A stretch of DNA of 32,000 nt, from the NCBI GenBank assembly GCA_963662715.1, contig OY759724.1, forward strand, positions 2,910,001 through 2,942,000. The letters run 5' to 3'. Source of the stretch: Candidatus Omnitrophota bacterium (GTDB lineage Bacteria > Omnitrophota > Gorgyraeia > Zapsychrales > JANLHA01). The notes below the pieces were generated by a model, which saw only the letters and a list, made by a program, of their open reading frames with translations, was not told the origin of the DNA and ran no database searches. Below are positions 24,331 to 32,000 of the stretch, piece after piece; position 1 is the stretch's first letter; each line of letters starts with the position of its first letter. The position numbers were made by a program, and so were the translations under genes.

Positions 24331-25399
24331 AGCATCGCACGGCGGGCATATCTGGGAGTATTCACAACAGCAGAGAAAAAATTTACTGGATTTTAGTGCA
24401 AACATTAATCCCTTAGGCCTCCCGCAAGGGGTTAAACCGCTTATTCGCCGGTCTTTGAATTTTATAGCCCATTACCCGGATCATCACGGCCATGCCCTTA
24501 AACGTGTTCTGGCTGAATCTCACGGGATTTCTGAACAGAATATCCTGCTGGGCAACGGGTCCGTAGACCTCATTTACCGTATCACTGAATTATATCAATC
24601 CGCTCAGGCCCTGATCCCCGTCCCGACTTTTAGTGAATATGAATATGCGGCCCGCGCTCACCGTATCCGGTGTCACTTTATTAAGAGGCAAGAAAGAGAT
24701 CATTTTAAACCCGATATCAAAACCTTGACAGACTCCCTCAGGAAGATGGATCTGCTTTTTATCTGCCATCCCAATAACCCTACAGGCGATGTCATGCCCC
24801 GGGAAGACTTGCAGCATGTCTTAGCGGCCTGCCGTAAACATAAAACAAAGCTTGTCATTGATGAGGCTTTCCTGGACTTCCATCCGGAAGAATCGTCTTT
24901 AAGTTTTATCAGGGAGGCGGCTGGCGGTGATTCTTTGATTGTCATCCGTTCCATGACAAAAATATACGCTCTGGCTGGTTTAAGGTTGGGGTATCTGGTC
25001 GCCGGTCCCGGAATTATCAGGCAGTTAAACGCGCTTCAATACCCCTGGTGCGTGAATACCCTGGCCCAACTGTGCGGGGAACATGTTTTGGCCGATACCG
25101 GTTATATCCAAAAAACCCGGCCCTTTATACATAAAGAACGGACTTTCCTGATGCAACATCTTCGGGCGCTGCCCGGGCTCAAAGTTTTTCCTTCCCAGGC
25201 AAATTTTGTCTTATGCAAGATTGAAAGAAAACAGGTCGGTGACGCCGGCAAGCTCAAGGACACCCTTTTAAAGAAAAATATCCTTATTAGAAACTGTGCA
25301 GATTTCCGGGGGCTTGACGGGCGTTTCTTCAGGGTCGCCGTAAAGAAACGGGTTGATAATGAAATTTTAATCAACGCATTACGAAAGGTTTTTCCATAA
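24323..25399 (+). CDS. cobD: Threonine-phosphate decarboxylase (class I/II aminotransferase fold)
   Basis: N-terminal 'HGG' is present, with the PLP-lysine block 'SMTKIYALAGLRLGY'. It sits immediately upstream of cbiB. Confidence 0.8.
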   Translation: MFKASHGGHIWEYSQQQRKNLLDFSANINPLGLPQGVKPLIRRSLNFIAHYPDHHGHALKRVLAESHGISEQNILLGNGSVDLIYRITELYQSAQALIPVPTFSEYEYAARAHRIRCHFIKRQERDHFKPDIKTLTDSLRKMDLLFICHPNNPTGDVMPREDLQHVLAACRKHKTKLVIDEAFLDFHPEESSLSFIREAAGGDSLIVIRSMTKIYALAGLRLGYLVAGPGIIRQLNALQYPWCVNTLAQLCGEHVLADTGYIQKTRPFIHKERTFLMQHLRALPGLKVFPSQANFVLCKIERKQVGDAGKLKDTLLKKNILIRNCADFRGLDGRFFRVAVKKRVDNEILINALRKVFP

Positions 25400-26340
25400 T
25401 GCCGTTGTGGCAGATGATCATCCTGGCTTTTATTCTAGATTTGTTTTGGGGCGATCCGGTATGGCTGCCTCATCCTGTCCGCGCCATAGGCTGGTTGATC
25501 AGCCTTTTTGAAAGATTTTTGCGACAAGTCGTTCCGCATAAAAAGACTGCCGGAGCTTTGCTCGCCTGTCTTGTCATCGGGATCACCTGGGGTAGTGTGG
25601 CGTTTTTTATCAGGATACTCACAGACATCCATAGTGTCCTGGGGGCCTGTGTCGCGGTTTTCTTTATCTACACATCATTGGCCGTTAAGGACCTCGGGGT
25701 GGAAGCGATGCGTGTTTATCATGCCTTGGACAAAGAAGACCTGGACGATGCCAGAAAAAATGTTGCCCTGATTGTTGGCCGGGACACGGAGCGGATGACC
25801 CGGGAGGAGATCATCCGGGCCAGCGTGGAGACCGTTGCCGAGAATATCGTTGACGGTATTGTTTCCCCCTTATTTTACGCGTGTATCGGCGGAGCCCCGT
25901 TGGCCCTGGCCTACAAAGCCGTTAACACTCTGGATTCCATGGTGGGGTATAAAAATGATGAATATAAAGACCTGGGGTTTGTTTCTGCCAGGCTTGATGA
26001 TATCGCCAATTTCATCCCGGCCCGTATCACAGCGCTTATCGTGCCTTTGGCAGCTCTTTTAGCAGGCAAGGATTTTGCTCATGCCTGGCAAGTCATCGCC
26101 AGAGACCGCAGGAAACATCCCAGTCCTAACAGCGGTATCCCGGAAGCCGCCGTGGCCGGGGCGTTGCGGATACAGATCGGCGGGATAAATTATTATCAGG
26201 GGAAACCGTCTCTGAAGCCTTTTATCGGGGATGATATGGAGTCGCTCACGATAGGGCATATTACAGACAGTATAAAAATCAGCCGGTTGAGCGCTGTTTT
26301 GATATTGATTTTGGGAATAATCGTGTTGATGCATTTATGA
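25399..26340 (+). CDS. cbiB: Adenosylcobinamide-phosphate synthase
   Basis: Membrane protein with 'GDPVWLPHPVRAIG' and 'HPSPNSGIPEAAVAGAL'. It has a TAATG overlap with cobD. Confidence 0.88.
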   Translation: MPLWQMIILAFILDLFWGDPVWLPHPVRAIGWLISLFERFLRQVVPHKKTAGALLACLVIGITWGSVAFFIRILTDIHSVLGACVAVFFIYTSLAVKDLGVEAMRVYHALDKEDLDDARKNVALIVGRDTERMTREEIIRASVETVAENIVDGIVSPLFYACIGGAPLALAYKAVNTLDSMVGYKNDEYKDLGFVSARLDDIANFIPARITALIVPLAALLAGKDFAHAWQVIARDRRKHPSPNSGIPEAAVAGALRIQIGGINYYQGKPSLKPFIGDDMESLTIGHITDSIKISRLSAVLILILGIIVLMHL

Positions 26341-26392
26341 TAAACAGCTTCTCCAGAAAAGATGATTTTTTAAGGCATCCGGGAATCATTTT

Positions 26393-27901
26393 ATGAAAAA
26401 AAAGGCGAAAGTTATTCAAATATGCGGGACAGGTTCCGGTGTCGGCAAGAGCGTCCTTGTCGCGGGCTTATGCCGTATTTATCAACAGCAGGGATACCGC
26501 GTGGTTCCTTTTAAAGCCCAGAATATGGCCCTTAACTCTGCTGTCACAGAAGACGGGCTGGAGATCGGCCGGGCTCAGGCCATGCAAGCCGCAGCCAGCA
26601 AGGTTGAACCTCACGTGGATATGAACCCCATTTTATTAAAACCCACCAGCCAGGTCGGATGCCAGGTCATTCTGCACGGGAAGCCCGTGGGGAACATGAA
26701 CGCACGCGAATATTATAAATGCAAACTTCAATTTTTGACCCGGATCAAAGAATCTTTGAACCGTCTTTTTAAAAATAATGATCTCGTTATTATTGAGGGG
26801 GCCGGCTCTCCGGCCGAAATCAATTTAAAACACCACGATATCGTCAACATGCGCATAGCCCGTCTTTTAAAAGCTCCTGTTCTTCTGGCGGGGGATATAG
26901 ACCGCGGGGGAGTTTTTGCCTGGCTTTTGGGGACATTATCTTTATTAAGTCAGCAGGAACAGCAGTTAATCAGAGGCTTTATTATCAATAAATTCCGGGG
27001 AGATAAAAATCTTTTGAAAAACGGGCTCCGCTATCTGGAAAGAAAAAGCCGGAAACGTGTTTTAGGGGTTGTTCCTTATTATACGGATATCACTTTGCCG
27101 GAAGAAGACTCCCAGTTTTTTGATCATCAACGCCCCAAAAGAGCCCCTAAAAAAAACGCGGTACGGATCGTTGTTGTGAAGGTCCCGCATATCTCGAACT
27201 TCACTGATTTTGATGCTTTTCATTACGAAGACGACGTTCATTTGGAGTATTCGGCCGATATTCGGACTATCAAAAAGGCCGATTGCATTATTCTTCCCGG
27301 CACCAAAAACACTTGTCATGACCTGTCTGTTATTTTCAAAGAAGGGATAGCCGACATAATCCGTCAAAAAGCCCGAGCCGGCTGTTGTGTCGTGGGGATC
27401 TGCGGCGGCTTTCAAATGATGGGCATAAACGTTTCAGACAGGCTGGGGATTGAGGGCGTGCGGGGAAAATACCCCGGACTAAATTTGTTGAACCTGGAAA
27501 CTGTTTTCAAAGCCGAAAAGGAGACCCGCCGTATCGAAGGTTATGAAATAAGGACAGGGAGACATATTCAGGGGTATGAGATTCATCACGGGCGGATACA
27601 TGTCTCTGATAAAGAAAAACCTTTGTTTATGATAGAAAAAAGAGGCCGGGAGAAGACCTGCGTCCCGGAGGGACTTAAGAACAGGAAAGGCAATGTCTGG
27701 GGAACGCATATCCACGGGATATTCGATAATAATGATTTCCGTAACGATTTTTTAAATTCCCTGCGCCGCAAGAAAAGATTAAAAATAAAAAGTCAGGGAT
27801 CTTTTTTTTCCCCTGACGATGAATTTAACAGGTTGGCGGATTTATTAAAGGACCATCTGAACATGAAATTATTGCATACAATTATTTTTCAGCAGAAATA
27901 A
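26393..27901 (+). CDS. cobQ: Cobyric acid synthase
   Basis: The N-terminal P-loop is 'GTGSGVGKS'. The C-terminal glutamine amidotransferase has 'GICGGFQMMG' and 'GYEIHHG'. Confidence 0.9.
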   Translation: MKKKAKVIQICGTGSGVGKSVLVAGLCRIYQQQGYRVVPFKAQNMALNSAVTEDGLEIGRAQAMQAAASKVEPHVDMNPILLKPTSQVGCQVILHGKPVGNMNAREYYKCKLQFLTRIKESLNRLFKNNDLVIIEGAGSPAEINLKHHDIVNMRIARLLKAPVLLAGDIDRGGVFAWLLGTLSLLSQQEQQLIRGFIINKFRGDKNLLKNGLRYLERKSRKRVLGVVPYYTDITLPEEDSQFFDHQRPKRAPKKNAVRIVVVKVPHISNFTDFDAFHYEDDVHLEYSADIRTIKKADCIILPGTKNTCHDLSVIFKEGIADIIRQKARAGCCVVGICGGFQMMGINVSDRLGIEGVRGKYPGLNLLNLETVFKAEKETRRIEGYEIRTGRHIQGYEIHHGRIHVSDKEKPLFMIEKRGREKTCVPEGLKNRKGNVWGTHIHGIFDNNDFRNDFLNSLRRKKRLKIKSQGSFFSPDDEFNRLADLLKDHLNMKLLHTIIFQQK

Positions 27902-27911
27902 GGAGCGTGTT

Positions 27912-28574
27912 ATGAAGGTTTTCGTATCCTGGAGCGGCGGGAAAGATTCCATGCTTGCCTTGTTCCATGTTCATAATGACCTCGGGAAAAAAGTGGTTAG
28001 TTTGTTGAATATGATGAGTGAAGACGGGACTCACTCCCGGACACACGGGATAAGCACCCGTTTGCTGAAAGAACAGGCGGAGGCCCTGTCCATCCCGCTT
28101 CTTCAGCAGAAAACAACCTGGAAAACCTACAGGGAAAATTTTATAAAAGCCGTGGCGCGCCTGAAAGAGGACGGGGTGGAGGGCGGCGTCTTTGGAGATA
28201 TCGATTTGCAGCCGCACCGGGACTGGGTCGAAAGTGTTTGCCGGGAGACAGGACTTCAGCCTTTTTTCCCTCTTTGGCAGCAGAAAAGAACGGCCATTAT
28301 GGACGCTTTTATTCAAGCGGGCTTCAAATCTATTGTCATTGCCACGCGTGCCGCAAAAATGAATGCCTCCTGGCTTGGCAGGGACATTAACGAACGCTTT
28401 CTTCTTGATCTTGCAAAAGAGAAGGATATCGACCTTTGCGGAGAAGCCGGAGAATACCATACATTTGTCTATGCCGGGCCGCTTTTTAAAAAACCCGTCT
28501 CTTTTACGGCAGGAGAAATTTTTAATCGGGATGATCACTGGCTGTTAAATCTTTCAGCTTCGGAGGATGACTGA
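27912..28574 (+). CDS. PP-loop ATP pyrophosphatase of the MJ0570/Dph6 (diphthine-ammonia ligase-like) family; role in this operon unknown
   Basis: The N-terminal PP-loop is 'VSWSGGKDS'. Family-typical 'FGDI' and 'CGEAGEYHTFV' blocks are present. It is embedded between cobQ and btuF with 10-nt and 3-nt gaps. Confidence 0.75.
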   Translation: MKVFVSWSGGKDSMLALFHVHNDLGKKVVSLLNMMSEDGTHSRTHGISTRLLKEQAEALSIPLLQQKTTWKTYRENFIKAVARLKEDGVEGGVFGDIDLQPHRDWVESVCRETGLQPFFPLWQQKRTAIMDAFIQAGFKSIVIATRAAKMNASWLGRDINERFLLDLAKEKDIDLCGEAGEYHTFVYAGPLFKKPVSFTAGEIFNRDDHWLLNLSASEDD

Positions 28575-28577
28575 TTT

Positions 28578-29423
28578 ATGGAAAAAATAATATTTAAACC
28601 AATAATTTTTATGCTCGCTCTTTTCCTTGCTTTGACGCAGGGGGCTGTTGCCGGGGCGGGTGTCCCCGACCGTATTATCAGCCTGGCTCCGTCCTTAACA
28701 GAAGCTGTTTACCTGCTTCAGGCAGATGACAAATTGGTCGGCAATACAACGTACTGCCTGCGGCCCCCGGATGCTCAACAGAAAGAAAAAGTCGGGACAG
28801 CTATTGCTGTGAATATCGAAAAGGTGATCAGCCTGAAGCCGGATCTTATTTTAGCCACACCTTTGACCAGACCTGATGAAAAAAAGAAGTTGGAGAATTT
28901 AGGAGTTAACATTGTCAGCTTTACTTATCCCCGGAATTTTGGCGAAATCTGCACGCAATTCCTGAAACTGGGGCAGCTCCTCGGGAAAGAAGAGTTGTCC
29001 CGGGACATTGTTCAGCAAACAGAGAAAGAAGTTGAAGAAATCAGAACAAAATCTCTCAAGGCTCCTAAACCGCGTGTATTCGTTCAGATAGGCGCCAAAC
29101 CCCTGGTCACTGTTACGCAGGACTCTTTCATCAATGATTATATTGAGTTTGCCGGGGGCGTTAACGTCACCCGGGACATAAAGAACACCCGCTATTCGAG
29201 AGAACGTGTATTAACCGATAACCCGGACGTTATTATTATCGTTACGATGGGGATCAATGGGCCGGAAGAAAAACAGGTTTGGGAGAAGTACACGGCTTTG
29301 CGGGCCGTCCAAACCGGGCAGATTCATATTATGGAATCTGAATTATTCTGCAGCCCGACCCCGGAAACTTTTGTTGAAACATTGCGGAAAGTTTCGAAAA
29401 TTCTGCACTCAGAATATGAATAA
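28578..29423 (+). CDS. btuF: Periplasmic cobalamin/corrinoid-binding protein of an ABC importer (BtuF-like)
   Basis: A signal peptide is present, with 'RIISLAPSLTEAVYLL' and 'KPDLILAT' (class III SBP). It is followed by a FecCD permease and an ATPase within a B12-riboswitch operon. Confidence 0.8.
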   Translation: MEKIIFKPIIFMLALFLALTQGAVAGAGVPDRIISLAPSLTEAVYLLQADDKLVGNTTYCLRPPDAQQKEKVGTAIAVNIEKVISLKPDLILATPLTRPDEKKKLENLGVNIVSFTYPRNFGEICTQFLKLGQLLGKEELSRDIVQQTEKEVEEIRTKSLKAPKPRVFVQIGAKPLVTVTQDSFINDYIEFAGGVNVTRDIKNTRYSRERVLTDNPDVIIIVTMGINGPEEKQVWEKYTALRAVQTGQIHIMESELFCSPTPETFVETLRKVSKILHSEYE

Positions 29424-30417
29424 GATATCCTTATGGCTTCGATGGGTTTTGTTTTGTTCCCTCACCGTTGCGGGAATAAGCCTTTTGTCCTTGTCGATCG
29501 GGACAGCCGGCATTCATATCAAAAAGATTCTGCCTGTCCTCCTGAACGGACAAGGAACCATGGAGTACAGCATTTTGTTTGACATCCGCCTGCCCAGAAT
29601 CATTCTAGGGTTCTGCATCGGAGGCGCCTTGAGCCTGGCCGGCGTTATCCTGCAGGGGATATTCCGCAACCCTTTGGTCGAACCTTATACATTAGGCATC
29701 TCTGGAGGGGCGGCCCTGGGGGTCTGCTTGAATATTGTCCTTAAATTTCACCGCTCTTTAGGAGTTTTCACCTTGCCCCTTTTCGGATTCCTGGGGGCGG
29801 GATGCGTCATCCTGATCATTTACTCATTAAATATTAAAAAAGGTATCTTGAAAATCCAGGAGCTTCTTTTAACCGGGGTCATGTTGAGCTTCATCTGTTC
29901 GTCGCTTATTATGCTCATTATGTCCATCGTTCATTCAGAAGACCTGCACGGCATTGTCTTCTGGATCATGGGCTCTCTTGAAGAACCGAACTGGGCCTTT
30001 ATCAAGATATCCATAGGGGTCTCTTTGTTGGGTTTGCTGGCGTCTTACGGGTTCTGCCTTGACCTCAACGCCTTCTCGCTGGGAGAAGAGGAAGCCATTC
30101 ACCTGGGCGTTGACACGGAAAGGACAAAACGTGCCCTGTTTATTATCGCGGCCCTGCTGATCGGATACAGTGTTTCTGTGACAGGCATTATCGGATTTGT
30201 CGGCCTGGTGATCCCTCATCTGATGCGCATGCTCGTTGGACGGGATCACCGCATTCTCTTGATATGCTCATTTCTCGGCGGGGCGGCTTTCTTGATTATC
30301 TGTGACACATTGGCCCGGACAATTATTTCCCCCATGGAACTTCCTGTCGGAGTTATCACCGGGCTGCTGGGAGGCTCGCTTTTTGTCTATACCTTAGCCA
30401 AAAAAGGAACATTGTAA
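29416..30417 (+). CDS. btuC: FecCD-family ABC permease (BtuC-like)
   Basis: Polytopic, with 'RLPRIILGFCIGGALSLAGVILQGIFRNPLVEPYTLGISGGAAL'. I prefer the ATG at 29416, which overlaps the btuF stop. The ORF-track start at 29257 lies inside btuF. Confidence 0.85.
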   Translation: MNKISLWLRWVLFCSLTVAGISLLSLSIGTAGIHIKKILPVLLNGQGTMEYSILFDIRLPRIILGFCIGGALSLAGVILQGIFRNPLVEPYTLGISGGAALGVCLNIVLKFHRSLGVFTLPLFGFLGAGCVILIIYSLNIKKGILKIQELLLTGVMLSFICSSLIMLIMSIVHSEDLHGIVFWIMGSLEEPNWAFIKISIGVSLLGLLASYGFCLDLNAFSLGEEEAIHLGVDTERTKRALFIIAALLIGYSVSVTGIIGFVGLVIPHLMRMLVGRDHRILLICSFLGGAAFLIICDTLARTIISPMELPVGVITGLLGGSLFVYTLAKKGTL

Positions 30418-30420
30418 ATC

Positions 30421-31269
30421 ATGCTCGAAATAAAAAACCTGACCTGCGGGTACACAACAAAGTCTATTCTTCATGATATTGAGTTCAAGGCGGAGGACGG
30501 CGAATTTTACGGTATTATTGGACCCAATGGTTCCGGGAAAACCACCTTTCTGCGGACCATCAGCCGCATACTCAAGCCGAGGAAGGGAGCGGTCCTTTTA
30601 GATCAGCAGGATATCAGAAAAATGGGGCTGAAGGAACTCGCCCGTAAAATGGCTTTTGTGCCGCAGAGCCTGGAAATCAGCCGCCTGACCGTTGAAGAAT
30701 TCGTCCTGCTGGGGCGGATCCCGTATTTTTCCGGACTGCAGTTTATCGAATCAAAGGAGGATTATCTTAAAGCCCGTCAATCCATGGAATTGACGGACGT
30801 CCTGCACCTTAAAGATGTTTTTATTGACCAGATCAGCGGGGGCGAAAGACAGCTTGCCCTGATCGCCCGGGCTTTAACCCAGGAGCCGCGGCTGCTTTTG
30901 CTTGATGAACCCACGTCGCATTTAGACATCAGCCATCAGGTTAAAATTCTGGATTTATTGAGGAGACTTAACAAAGAGCTGAAAATAACGGTGATGATGG
31001 TGCTGCATGATTTGAACCTGGCCAGTGAATACTGTCATAAACTGGTGCTGATCAATCAGGGAAGAATTCATCGTATAGGATCCCCGCAGGAGGTGTTGGA
31101 CTACCGGATCATTGAAGACGTCTATAAAACAATTGTCGTTGTGGAAAACAACCCTGTTTCGAACAAACCGTATGTATTAATCGTTTCGGAAGAGGCGAGG
31201 GATGCCGCCTGTTTAACAGCTAAGGCCCGGCGTAAAAACGGGGCTTCAAGAGGAAAGGACGCATTATGA
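30421..31269 (+). CDS. btuD: ABC transporter ATP-binding protein (BtuD-like)
   Basis: Walker A is 'GPNGSGKTT', the signature is 'ISGGERQ', and Walker B is 'LLLLDEPTSHLD'. Confidence 0.88.
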   Translation: MLEIKNLTCGYTTKSILHDIEFKAEDGEFYGIIGPNGSGKTTFLRTISRILKPRKGAVLLDQQDIRKMGLKELARKMAFVPQSLEISRLTVEEFVLLGRIPYFSGLQFIESKEDYLKARQSMELTDVLHLKDVFIDQISGGERQLALIARALTQEPRLLLLDEPTSHLDISHQVKILDLLRRLNKELKITVMMVLHDLNLASEYCHKLVLINQGRIHRIGSPQEVLDYRIIEDVYKTIVVVENNPVSNKPYVLIVSEEARDAACLTAKARRKNGASRGKDAL

Positions 31270-31796
31270 AGCAAGGATTGACTCATATTTATACTGGCGA
31301 TGGCAAAGGCAAGACAACAGCCGCTGTCGGGCAGACGATCAGAGCGGCGGGGCAGGGTTTGCGCTGTTGTTTTATTTTCTTCTTTAAGGATCTTTCCCGC
31401 TATACAACCGGAGAATTGACCATTATGAAAACCCTGGGGATAACGGTCATGAATTTCGTCTCCAAATCCCCGTGTTTTTCTCCCGACGTATCTCATGAGG
31501 AGATGCGTCAGGGCTGCCTGCAGTCGCTGAAAGACATAGAAGAAAAAATATTTTCTGATAAGACCCTTGATCTTCTGGTCTTGGATGAATTTAACCTGGC
31601 TGTCAAACACGGATATTTAACGGAAAAGGACATTTTCCCCTTTATTCAAAAGAAGCCGGCCGAACTTGAACTGATTTTAACCGGACGCGGAGCAACGGAT
31701 GAGCTTATGGAACAGGCCGATTATGTGAGTCAAATTCATAAAATAAAACATCCTTATGAACGGGATATCCAGATACGTAAAGGTATTGAATATTAA
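31266..31796 (+). CDS. cobO: Cob(I)yrinic acid a,c-diamide (corrinoid) adenosyltransferase, CobA/CobO/BtuR type
   Basis: 'IYTGDGKGKTTAAVG' is the P-loop, with 'LLVLDEFN' also present. It is 176 aa and has an ATGA overlap with btuD. Confidence 0.85.
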   Translation: MKQGLTHIYTGDGKGKTTAAVGQTIRAAGQGLRCCFIFFFKDLSRYTTGELTIMKTLGITVMNFVSKSPCFSPDVSHEEMRQGCLQSLKDIEEKIFSDKTLDLLVLDEFNLAVKHGYLTEKDIFPFIQKKPAELELILTGRGATDELMEQADYVSQIHKIKHPYERDIQIRKGIEY

Positions 31797-31855
31797 AACG
31801 GCACAAGGAAGGAAACAGCCCTCAAAATAAATCATTATTTGAAACATGTTATTGT

Positions 31856-32000
31856 CCAGGTGCTCCTCCCGAAGGAGAGAATAGGGAAGCCAGTGCAAAT
31901 CTGGCACGGACCCGCCGCTGTAATGGGGAACGAAAGCCGTATCAAGTCACTGTTCATCGCCGTATAAATAGGCATGAAGATGAACGGGAAGGCGCGGCCA
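31856..32000 (+). promoter_or_regulatory. Cobalamin riboswitch (3' part and regulated gene lie outside the window)
   Basis: The core reads 'AATAGGGAAGCCAGTGCAAATCTGGCACGGACCCGCCGCTGTAATGGGGAACGAA'. The B12 box region is 'CAAGTCACTG...GGGAAGGCGCGGC'. Confidence 0.85.

Noticed and set aside
27882-28538. 218-aa ORF on the minus strand
   Set aside because: It is antisense to the PP-loop ATPase gene, and the + strand frame carries the SGGKDS and EYHT family motifs and fits the operon spacing. The minus-strand product is low-complexity and motif-free.
29257-29415. 5' extension of the btuC ORF (ORF-track start at 29257)
   Set aside because: The extension lies inside btuF in another frame and encodes a basic, non-membrane peptide. 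The ATG at 29416 overlaps the btuF stop and starts directly with the first TM segment.
31122-31610. 162-aa ORF on the minus strand
   Set aside because: It is antisense to the btuD 3' end and cobO. The + strand frames carry ABC and GKGKTTAA P-loop motifs.
1-32000. Search for CRISPR arrays, tRNA/rRNA genes, long direct repeats or prophage/defence gene signatures
   Set aside because: No regularly spaced direct repeats, no cloverleaf-like or rRNA-like segments, and no nuclease/helicase/methylase-type ORFs were seen. The only intergenic regions longer than 100 nt (411-520, 3553-4342, 18626-18816, 21007-21329, 31797-32000) are accounted for by IS-end hairpins, promoters and riboswitches.

Overview
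All genes I can support are on the + strand. No database, HMM or covariance-model search was run, so every family call rests on motifs read by eye. In order:

1. A 5'-truncated IS200-type tnpA with a hairpin-rich right end (1 to about 470).
2. Two translationally coupled, paralogous B12-binding (class B) radical SAM enzymes of unknown substrate (521-3552).
3. A 790-nt leader (3553-4342) with a near-consensus sigma70 promoter and two complete cobalamin-riboswitch-like units in series, each with its own intrinsic terminator.
4. A tightly packed 13-gene operon (4343-18625). It opens with a secreted TSP3 + dockerin-like protein and a secreted cohesin-like protein. It continues with a complete Tad/Flp pilus set: flp, tadE, a duplicated-domain cpaB, the cpaC secretin, tadZ/cpaE, tadA/cpaF, tadB, tadC, a TPR lipoprotein, a small lipoprotein and a tadG-like gene.
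5. An orphan hybrid histidine kinase (18817-21006).
6. A third cobalamin riboswitch with terminator, followed by a 12-gene late-cobamide/salvage operon (21330-31796): cobC-cobU-cobT-cobS-cobD-cbiB-cobQ, a Dph6-like PP-loop ATPase, btuF-btuC-btuD and cobO.
7. A fourth cobalamin riboswitch running off the 3' edge.

No rRNA, tRNA or CRISPR array was seen. A secretin and lipoproteins imply a diderm, and class B radical SAM genes plus anaerobic-type cob genes suggest an anaerobe; no firmer taxonomic call is possible.

Main candidate for a novel system: a Tad pilus/secretin operon, led by a cohesin/dockerin protein pair, that appears to be gated by tandem B12 riboswitches. This would be a cobamide-starvation-induced surface apparatus.
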